This document shows positions 1 to 11,000 of a DNA stretch of 64,000 nucleotides, piece by piece. Source of the DNA: Octopus vulgaris (lineage: Eukaryota); assembly GCA_951406725.2 (NCBI GenBank), contig OX597836.1:23002001-23066000 (forward strand). The letters run 5' to 3'. The stretch's first letter is position 1. Each line of letters opens with the position of its first letter. The translations under genes and the position numbers were made by a program. The notes under the pieces are model-generated. The model was not told the DNA's origin. It worked only from the letters and a program-made list of their open reading frames with translations, and did no database searches.

Positions 1-111
1 TGGGCTTACAAAGAATAAGTCCCGGAGTCGATTTGCTCGACTAAAAGGCACTGCTCCAGCATGGCCGCAGTCAAATGACTGAAATAAGTAAAAGAGTATA
101 TATATATATAC

Positions 112-1160
112 TACAAAATAAGAAAATGGAGAAATACATCTAAATCAATTATCAACTACCAGATAATACCCAATCACATAATTTATTAAACCACTACATA
201 TGAACATTAAGGTCAAACATATTAATATAGAACAAAACAGTGTACATGAAGGAGTAATATGGTACAATAAGTACAGTATGTATAAGAGAATATAAAAATA
301 TAAATATACATATAAACTACATCTTACAGCTGTTTCGGCCATGCAGATATGGGTGTCTCATTTTGCTCATATTAGCCATGTGTGATAGGTCAACATGTAG
401 TTATAAATGAGACACTTACAAAAATATCACAAGGCCTCTTCGGAGATTATGAAATACAAACAAAGTCGAGAGTACATTATATTAATTTACAAAATGTCAT
501 TCATATTAACATCATTACTATTATCATTACCACTATTGCTACTAATATCACTATTATTATTATTAATAACACTAATACTAGCTCTGCATTTGAGTATTAA
601 TATGTGTATGTTTTCTACATTGTAATATAATATTAAGTTGAAAAACTGTAACATTGAATATGGAACATATGTTTGTATATTGATTTATATTATTATGTAT
701 ATATATATGTATAGGAGTATGAGTATATGCACTCATATGTATGTGTATATGATATATTATGGGTATGTACCCACACTTGTATGGGTGTACCTACTCTGAT
801 ATTCATATCTAATTTAGTTTGTATTTCATAATCTCCGAAGAGGCCTTGTGATATTTTTGTAAGTGTCTCATTTATAACTACATATTGACCTATCACACAT
901 GGCTAATATGAGCAAAATGAGACACCCATATCTGCATGGCCGAAACAGCTGTAAGATGTAGTTTATATTTATATTTTTATATTCTCTAATACATACTGTA
1001 CTCATTGTACCATATTACTCCTTCATGTACACTGTTTTGTTCTATATTAATATGTTTGATCTTAATGTTCATATGTAGTGGTTTAATAAATTATGTGATT
1101 GGGTATTATCTGGTAGTTGATAATTGATTTAGATGTATTTCTCCATTTTCTTATTTTGTA
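112..1160. mobile_element. Penelope-like inverted pseudo-LTR structure (arms 112-461 and 817-1160)
   Basis: About 350-bp inverted arms differing by about 4 substitutions and one 6-nt indel; each arm carries a hammerhead-like motif. Confidence 0.7.
831..957 (+). ncRNA. Putative type I hammerhead ribozyme (CCGAAGA core, extended helix II); mirror copy at 321-447 (-)
   Basis: ATCT-CCGAAGA-GGCC...GGCC-GAAA-C-AGCT-G-TA/AGAT. Confidence 0.6.
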
Positions 1161-1511
1161 TTATTAATTTGTGGTAAAACATTTTACCTTTGCCCATATA
1201 ATACAGTAAATGAATTAATTGCATTGCAATTCTTAACATTTATGTATTAACTTTGTTGGGTACTTCACTAGCAGTATATTGGATATATGTTATCCCATGG
1301 AGGGTTGCATTTACAACCCCTATCTTAATTTATACATATATATATATAGCAAATTAAGGAACGGCCATAATAGGCCGTTCAACCCACTAGAAATAACAGC
1401 CAAGGCTTCAACTGCAAAATAGTAGTAATTCCGTAAATCAGGAGAAAATTAAAAAAACATTTGCCCTTTCCACTTTATACAATGCATTGTTTCATCGTTT
1501 TTTAATGGTAA

Positions 1512-1514
<3 letters not shown>

Positions 1515-1589
<75 letters not shown>
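1515..1589. repeat. (TA)n microsatellite
   Basis: Direct reading. Confidence 0.95.
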
Positions 1590-1939
1590 GTGTGATGTCT
1601 GGACAGGGGATTGATTGAATCTGTAGAGCATTGGGAAAAAATACCTTGTGGTATTTTGGAATTTGGGAACATTCCTTTCCTTTCTGAATTCAAGTCCTGC
1701 CCAGGTCTTTCCTTCTTTTGAGGTTGATAAAATACGAAGACCAGACAGATATAATTTTGGGGAATTGATGCAATCGACTATAAATGTTAAAATTGGTGCT
1801 CCAGCATGGTCGCTGACCAGTGAGTAAAACTAATAATAAAGAATTCACAAGAATCCAGATGATGCCAAATACCGTTGTCTTATGTCGTAGCTTGTAATTT
1901 TCAAGGGTGTTTTTTTTTGTTTTTTTAATCTTTATTCAG

Positions 1940-2064
1940 AGTTCGATGACTCAGTAAAAGATAATGATGACATAGAAGAAGCCAACGGTGACCCCAGTCA
2001 TGGCACACAGGCATCAATGCCAACCAGTGCACCAGGGAGGCACAAGAAGGAATTCTTCAAAAAG
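1940..2064 (+). CDS. RNGTT: RNGTT exon (acidic linker [13 protein letters not shown]...KKEFFKK)
   Basis: tttattcag|AG...AAG|gtaatc. Confidence 0.85.
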
Positions 2065-5000
2065 GTAATCAGCACTACTACTACTATTACTACTGCAACT
2101 ACTACCACCAGCATCACCACCACCACTACTACTACTGCTGCTATGACTGCCACCACCACCACCATCACGACTACAACTACTACTACTACTGCAACCAAGA
2201 CAACAACCACCACCACCACCACTACTACTACTGCAACTAAGACTACTACTACCACCATCACCACCACTACCATTATTACTACTGCAACCACCATCCCCAC
2301 CACCACCACCATACTACTACTATTGCAACTATGACTACTTCTACCATCATTACCACCATTACCATTATTACTACTGCAACTACGACCACCACCACTACTA
2401 CTACCATCATCACCACCACTACCACTATTACTACTGCAACTACGATTACCACCACTAACTACTACCACCATCACCACCACTACTACAACTAATATTACTA
2501 CCACCACCACTGTTCAACACCATTATCATTATGCATCCACATCCCATGCTGCCATGGGTTGCACAGCTTAACAGGATCCAACTTGTTGTAGAACCACAGC
2601 TTTTTCCAATGTCTAAGTTTTGCCATGGTTTTCTATGACTGAATGCCCTTCCCAATGCCAACCACTTTACTGTACTTTGTACTTGCGGTGGCATTCACTT
2701 AAGGTGGGTTGAGCTGGCTCCGACCAATGAGTTTGCCATGTTCCTCATGAATGCTGCCCACATCCAACAGCTAGTTACAGTCAAGGCCAGCAGGTTCAGT
2801 AATGCATCTGCCTGCAGCCCAAAAATCTGGCTTGTAAATTTGACAACTGCCCTCCTGGGAAAGCAAGCATGTCAGATAATACAGATACTGTAGCTGTTGA
2901 GGCATAGAATTCTTGTTCTTTACAGACTGTACTGACATTAGGTGCCTTTTTTTGTTTTTTTCTTTGATGCACCAGCACCAGGGAGGTTACAAGACTTAAG
3001 GGATCTCTTGACCAAGAGGGAGAAAAGAAAAGAAGGGGTGACTTTCTGTAAGGTGTTGAGAGGTTGATGTATGATGTATTAAGGAGGCGAGCTGGCAGAA
3101 TCATTAGCATACTGGGCGAAATGCTTAGTGGTATTTCATCTGCCGCTACGGTCTGAGTTCAAATTCCGCCGAGGTCAACTTTGTCTTCCATCCTTTTGGG
3201 GTCGATAAATTAAGTACCAGTTATGCACTGGGGTCGATGTAATCGACTTAATACCTATGTCTGTCCTTGTTTAGCCCCTTGTGGGTAGTAAAGAAATAGG
3301 TATTTCGTCTGTCATTACGTTGTGAGTTCAAATTCCGCCAAGGTCGACTTTGCCTTCCATCCTTTCGGGGTCGATAAATTAAGTACCAGTTACGCACTGG
3401 GGTCGATGTAATCGACTTAATACCTATGTCTGTCCTTGTTTGTCCCTTCTATGGGTAATAAAGAAATAGATGTATGATGGGAAGAACAGGGACAGGTCTA
3501 TTATTGCAGAGGAGGGATGGATTGATGTCAGAAAGAGTAAAAGACGGTGGTGGCAAGATGCCTAAGCATGTTCTTAATGGCAACATGTCCAAGAAAGTAA
3601 ATGAAGGAGAGCATGGAGACAGAAAGACGGATTGGATCAAGAGCTGGATAGGGAAATAAAGGTGGGAGGGAAGAATGATTGATGAAATGAAATAGGGCTG
3701 ATGATGTAGTGAGGTGTAGAAGGGAGTGAATGTAGGGAACCGTGAACAAGTGATGGGGTTAGGTATAAAAATAAGACATACACATTGTAAAACATACTTA
3801 TTGACATAACTTCTGCTTTCAGAATGCCCAGTTCATGGAAGGTGTAAGAGGAGTATATGCTGTTGAAGACCAGTCCCTTCTGTCCAGCATACAGCGCAAA
3901 TGCCAAGACATGTGTGGATGGAAGTTGTAAGTTGAGAAGGTTTTTTTTAAAAAATTTATTTCATCTTTATAGTTGACATTTTTTTTTTAGTTGTTTATTT
4001 CTTTGAATATAATTTTCATTATCATTTAATCCTTTGTGGAGGTGCGTGGCTTAGTGGTTAGGGTGTCAGCACCATGATCGTAAGATTGTGGTTTCGATTC
4101 CTGGACTGAGTGACGCATTGTGTTCTTGAGCAAAACACTTCATTTCACATTGCTCCAGTCCACTCAGCTGGCAAAAATGAGTAACGCTGTGATGGACTGG
4201 CGTCCCGGCCATCTGGGGAACACATACGCCATAGAAACAGGGAAACCGGGCCCATGAGCCTGGCTAGGCTTTAAAAGGGCACATTTATTTGTAGAGGCGT
4301 GTGGCTTAGTGGTTACTGTGTCAGCACCACAATCATAAGATTGTGGTTTCGATTCCTGGACTGGGCGACGTGTTGTGTTCTTGAGCAAAACACTTCATTT
4401 CACGTTGTTTCAGTCCACTCAGCTGGCAAAAATGAGTAACGCTGCAATGGACTGGCGTCCTGTCCAGCTGGGGATGGTTTAAAGGCTAAAGGGTTAATAT
4501 TCACTTTACCATGCTTGCATGGGTCAGATGGAGTTTGAGGCAGATTTTCAACAACCAGGTGCCCCTCCTGTCCCCAACCTTTGCTCGTTTCCAAGCAAGG
4601 TAATATTCCTCCATGGCCAGAAAATATTTTCCACCAAGGACTGGAGATGAATGACACCCCTTATATGACAGGAATGCTCATTTACAACCATATCATGATA
4701 TCAAAACACACACACACACACACACAGTGAAATACTATGAGTCTGTCTATCAAATTCACTCACAAGGCTTTGCTTGGCTTTGGTATATTGCAGAAGAGAT
4801 ACTTGCCTAAGGTGCTGCTACTCAGTGGGACTGAAACCCAAGTCACATGACTGGGAAGCAAATTTCTTAACAACAAAACCACACCTGCCCTCAAGTTAGC
4901 ATTAATTACATTTAGTTGGTTTGACTGTACACAGGGACACTTTCTGCATGTTAAAACAGTATTGTATTTACTGATGATTTGTTTGGCTGTACTCAGGGAC

Positions 5001-8000
5001 GCCTTCTGCATGTTAAAACAATAATTAGTGTAGATTGTATTTACTGGTAATTTGTTTTTGTTTTGTTTTCTTCAGTTCTGGGTTTCCTGGCTCCCAACCA
5101 GTGTCAATGGACATAAACAATCTCATCTACCTCAAGCAGAAACCATACAAAGTTAGCTGGAAAGCTGATGGAACAAGGTCAGTTAAACTCATTTCCATAG
5201 TGAACTGTTTGCTACACAACTACTACTAGTAGTAGTAGTGATGGTGTTTTATGTATGACTATCCATCCATCCATCTCTCTTTCTCTTTGTCTCTCTCTCG
5301 CTATATGTATATATATTATAGACACGTGTGGTTGTTGCCAGATCTAGTTGACTGGCTCTTGTGTCGGTGGCACGTAAAAAGCACCCACTACACTCTCGGA
5401 GTGGTTGGCGTTAGGGAGGGCATCAAGCTGTAGAAACTTTGCCAGACCAGATTGAGCCTGGTGCAGCCTCCTGGCTTCTCAGACTCCAGTTGAACCATCC
5501 AAGTCATGCCAGCATGGAAAGCGGACGTTAAACGATGATGATGATGATGATGACACACACACACACACACACACATTGGTCTAGTGGTTAAGATGTTGGT
5601 CTCTTGGTTATGAGATTGTGAATTCAATTACTGGGGCAGGAGATTCATTATGTTTTCAAGCAGGGCACCTTTTTTCATGTTGTTTCAGTCTATTCAGCTA
5701 AAAATGAATACCAGTTAAGGATTCATGCAGCCCACCTTTCATATCTTCACTGCTGCATTTGGGTAAAGGGCAAGAGGGTCAAGAGAGTATCTATGCCTGC
5801 TTGTTACTATATGGACACCTAACACAATTAGCATATATGACTTGTTGCCTGCAAGTAATGGCTATCGTTTTGTGTGTGTGTCAGATCATCATCATCATCA
5901 TCATCATCCTTTTAACATCTGTTTTCCATGTTGGCATGGGTTGGACGGTTTGACCAGAGCTGGCAAGAGGAGTGCTGTACCAGGTTCCAGTCTTATTTGG
6001 CCTGGTTTCTATGGCTGGATGTCCGTCCCACTTTACAGTGTGTGCTGGGTCCTTTTTAACATAGCACTGGCATGCGTGCTTTTACAGGGTGCCCAGCACA
6101 AGTGCTATTATGTGATACTGACAAGGGTGTTTATGTAGTGCCAGCACAAGCGCTTTTAACGTGGCACCGGCACAGGCGTTTTTTTACATGGCACTAGCAC
6201 AAGGCTCTTGCAGGCCAATCCTATACACACACAGTATACTGTTCAACTATTTGCAGGATCATCAAAAATGTGCTCAATCCAGTTAGAGATAAGTATCATT
6301 TAATGAATACAGGAGTTATATCTGAGCTGCTTCAAGTTTCATCTTGGATAGTGCAGTAATCAGATGAGCTTGTACATGCATATAATGCATGATCCAGCAC
6401 CAGTTCATCACCATGCATGGTAAGCTGTACATGCTCATCTAATTACTGCACTATCCAACCATGAAACTTGAAATAGCTCATGTATAACAGCTATATTCAT
6501 TAAATGATATGTGTGTTTGTGTGTATGTACATATAATCTTTTACTGATTTCAACCACTAGACTGTGGCCATGTTGGGGCACTGCCTTGAAGAAACTTTTT
6601 TAGTTGAATTGATCGACCCCAATACATTTTTTTAAGCCTGGTATTTATGTATATGGATGTGTGTGTGTTTGTGTCTGTGTTAATCCCCACCGCCACCACC
6701 ACTTGACAACCAGTGTTGGTGTGTTTACATCCCTGTAACTTAGCAGATCGGCAAAAGAGACTGATAGAATAAGTACCAGGCATAAAAACAAAAAAAAAGT
6801 ACTAAAATTCCTCAAGGTGGTGTCCCAGCATCACTGCAGCCTAATGACTGGAGTAAAAGGAAGTTTATATTCACTTGTGTGACCATCATCTCTAATTTCA
6901 GGTACATGGCCCTAATAAATGGCCCTGACAACGTCTACATGATCGACCGTGACAACGCTGTGTTCCATGTACCCAATTTATTGTTCCCATCCCGGAAGAT
7001 TCCATCAGAACATCTCACAGAAACTCTTCTAGATGGTGTAAGTGAATAAATTACTGTTTCCTACATGTGTGATACAAAGTAGCTTTATTAGTACATCTTT
7101 ATATGTCAATCTTCCTTTCCATTTTGTTGTAAATATGTCAGTCTCAGGACAAAAGACTCAATAGTTTCCATGCTATATATTTAGTCAGGTGTGACGCTGC
7201 ATGGCCCAGTGGTTAGATTGTTGAGTTTACACTCATATGAGGTGGTATCAAAAGGTTCCAGGACCAGTTATGTTTAATAAAAGTAACTTATTTACCTAAG
7301 TTTTAACATCATTTCCTTTAAAATAGTCACCTTGCGCAACAATACACTGGTCCCAGCATTCCTACCACTTTTGGAATCCAGCCTAGAAGTCGATTTCTGT
7401 AAGCGAACTGAAGACTTTCTGCAATTCTCTCTGGATCTCGACAACGGTGTCAAAACACTGACCTTTGAGCTGCATTTTCATTTTGGGGAAGAGATGGAAG
7501 TCTACAAGTGCTAAATCTGGCAAATAGGGCAAGTACGGAACCGGTACTGTGTTGGTTTTGGCGAAAAACTCATGAGTGAGGAAAGATCCAGTTGCTTTTG
7601 CCGAATATCCTCTCTCAAACGCTTCAAAACGTTGCAATAGAATTCTTGATTGGGATTCTGCCCCCCCCCCCTCCTGGAGGACGAATTCTCAATGCACAAT
7701 ACCACATTTCCAGGGGTGACACTTGTGGCAGGTTTTTCAGATCACTCCTCGTCTTTCAGGAACATTCTTCTGCTTTTGAAGCACCTGTGCAACTCGAAAC
7801 ATTGTATATGACCCATTGCCTTGTCACTGTAAGTTTGTCAAACCATTCCGACTGGCCTCCGTACCGGTGGCACGTAAAAAGCACCATCCGATCGTGGCCG
7901 TTTGCCAGCCTCGTCTGGCACCTGTGCAGGTGGCACGTAAAAAGCACCCACTACACTCACGGAGTGGTTGGCATTGGGAAGGGCATCAAGCTGTAGAAAC

Positions 8001-11000
8001 ACTGCCAGATCAGACTGGGCCTGGCGCAGCCTACTGGCTTCCCAGACCCCAGTTGAACCGTCCAACGCATGCTAGCATGGAGAACGGACGTTAAACGATG
8101 ATGATGATGCTCAATGTCTCTGTAGCAGACTTCCCAAGTTTAACTCAAAATTTCACATTGGTTCTTTGTTATTGTCCATGACAAAATCACAGACTACAGC
8201 ATATGCATGGTCACAAAAACACAAATTTCACAACTTACTAAGTATTTACAGCGACATCACTCATCACACTGCCTCATGATGGTCACTACTAGTTCTCACT
8301 GTGCACTGCCATCTGTTGGCACACTACAGAACTAGTCCCAGGAACTTTTTAATACCACCTCATAAGTTCCTTGATTTTATTCCTCAGCTGAGCAGCATGT
8401 CATGTACTTGAGCCAGGCACCTTGTTTTACATTGCTTCAGCCTACTCGGTGGTAAGAAACTATCTGCACTACCACCACCACCACCATCATCCTCATACTA
8501 CTACCATCAGCATCATCACCCACCCACCACTATTTCCACCAGCTCCACTACTACTACTACTACTATTATTATTATCATCCTTGCTGCCACTGCAATGGTG
8601 GTATTCATAGTACTAGTAGTGGAGATGGCAGCAATGGTGGTGGGTGATGATGATGCTGATGGTAGTGGTGGTAGTGTAGATATTTTCTTACAGAGGCACA
8701 AAGCTAACAACTTTGTGGGGGGGAGATGAAGGGGGTGTGATACCCCCCCCACTCGCTGCCACCACCAATCCTAGTATTTGATCAGTGATGTTTTATTTTG
8801 GTGTGGATAACAATAATGATTGTTATGATGATGATAATAGTTAATGGTGGTGGTGGTGGTGATGATTATGATAACGATGATGATGATGATTAACTCTATC
8901 TTTTCAGGAGATGATCCTTGACAAAGTCAACGATAAAGTGGTACCAAGATATTTAGTCTATGATATCGTCAAATTTATGGTAAGGTACATTGTCTTGTAT
9001 ATTAACCCCATCCTCCTTCCTTCAGCCCCACCCAGAACCTTCAAAAGAAATTTTGCCAAGCAAAGCAATAAAAACAAAACTTATTTCTAGTTCCTAGGCT
9101 CTGGAGTGGGTTGGTGGGGCCTTAGTGGCTATAAGATCCCTTCAAATATTCACTTGTTTCTCCTTATTTCTCTAGACCCCAGATAAGTATCCTGGTTGTA
9201 TCTCACCCCTTCTTGTAGCCCAGATTAGTCTTAATTAAAGTCATTTGAACCACAACCAACTTGTTTCTCTTAGCATTGGTTCTTATTTCTAGCTCCCTGG
9301 ATTGACCCTTTTGTTTCCTTTGATTTCTAGATAGAAGCAAATAGGAAATAACACTTACTGACCAGAGACAAAAGAAATTTTGTTACACATTGTAACGAAG
9401 TATTTAATTAAATAACTTTTACATGATTAAGTTGATGTTTGGAACTGAAATTAATGTGAAAATTTGATGGCAGGTTTTAATTTAGAAAATTTTAAAACAG
9501 GAAGTTTGTATCATAGAACCAGGGGCAGTATTGGGCAGGTTAGTATCAAATGGGTTAGTTCAGTGTGGGCAGGGGTCAGTTACAAACTGGTGCAGCTGAT
9601 GGAGTGATGTTACTTGTGGTACAAGGCGGCGAGCTGGCCGAAACGTTAGCGTGCAGGGCGAAATGCTTAACGGTATTTTGCCTGCCGTTGCGTTCTGAGT
9701 TCAAATTCCGCCGAGGTCGACTTTGCCTTTCATCCTTTCGGGGTCGATAAATTAAGTACCAGTTACGCACTGGGGTCGATGTAATCGACTTAATCCGTTT
9801 GTCTGTCCTTGTTTGTCCCCTCTGTGTTTAGCCCCTTGTGGGTAGTAAAGAAATAGGTACTTGTGGTGATGGTGGTGGTGGTGGATGTCTGCACGTACCA
9901 TTATCATCATCATTGTTTTAATGTTCACTTTTCCATGCTTGCATGGTTCAGACGGAATTTGTCAAGGCAGATTTTATAAGGCAACCAGATCTCTTCCTAA
10001 GCCAGCCTTCACCTGTTTCCCAGCAAGGTCAGATTAGCTCCATGGCCAGGCATGTTCTCTATAGAAGAGCAGATATAAACATCACTTGTAAGACAATGAT
10101 GCTCGTTTGCAAGCATCACGTGATGTCATGACAGGAGTATACACACACACACACATATACAATGGGCTCTTTTTAATTTCCATCCACCAAATCCACTCAG
10201 GAGGTTTTTGTCAGCCCAAAACTATAGTAGAAGACAACTTGCCCAAGGTGCCTCACACTGGGACTGAACCCAGAACTATGCAGCTGGGAAACAAGCCTCT
10301 TACTACTCAGTTATACCTGTGCCTATGTTGATGAGAATAACTTATAATAGTATGGTGGTGGTGGTGGTGGTAGCAGCTAGTAGTTGTTGTTGTGGTTATG
10401 ATTGTGGCAATGGTGGTGATGGTGATTATTTATTTATTTATTTTTTATCTGTTTTATTTCAGGGTAAAGATGTTGGCGGCACCGACTTTGAGCGCCGGCT
10501 TCTGTGTATCAAGAAGGAGATTATTGAACCAAGACATTCACGGATGATTGAGGGGCTTCTCGACAAAACTAAAGAACCGTTCAGCGTACGAGCTAAAGAT
10601 TTCTGGGATATCAGCATCTCAAGAAAGGTGCATAACAAGACAACCCTTGCACTTCCATTAACCTTTCTTTAGATCAAAAATATTTCAGCCATCTTTTTGT
10701 ATATTTAGGACTACATTATGTGATGTATCCTTTTTTTTTTTCATTTTTTATGTGACATGAAGGAGATTTAGCTGCTATTTCTAGCAAGTTCAGCAACCAC
10801 ATAGTAACTACCTCAACGGATCTATTAACCTTTGTTGTTATTCTTTTGTCACAGGTTCAACTCTGATTGAGCTGACTTATGATCAAAGACATCACAGCCG
10901 TAACCATCCCATCATTATGCTATGTACAGGGAACCCAAGAATATATTTTCTAAGATGGGGTTGGGTAGGGGATGATTTTAGGGAAATTTGGCTGTTATTT

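Noticed and set aside
382-896. Paired ORFs starting MIGQ on opposite strands; likewise 34281 and 37257
   Set aside because: They reflect inverted DNA duplications, not genes.
1998-2510. Long poly-Val and poly-Thr ORFs
   Set aside because: Products of the (ACT/ACC)n intronic repeat; only the part up to 2064 is real RNGTT exon.
4037-4110. tRNA genes (also 11360-11430, 40680-40750, 43372-43440, 63821-63880)
   Set aside because: A/B boxes are present but there is no complete cloverleaf; each continues into a repeat body, so they are SINE heads.
4970-5075. Box C/D snoRNA from TGATGA
   Set aside because: No downstream CTGA D box or terminal stem before the exon.
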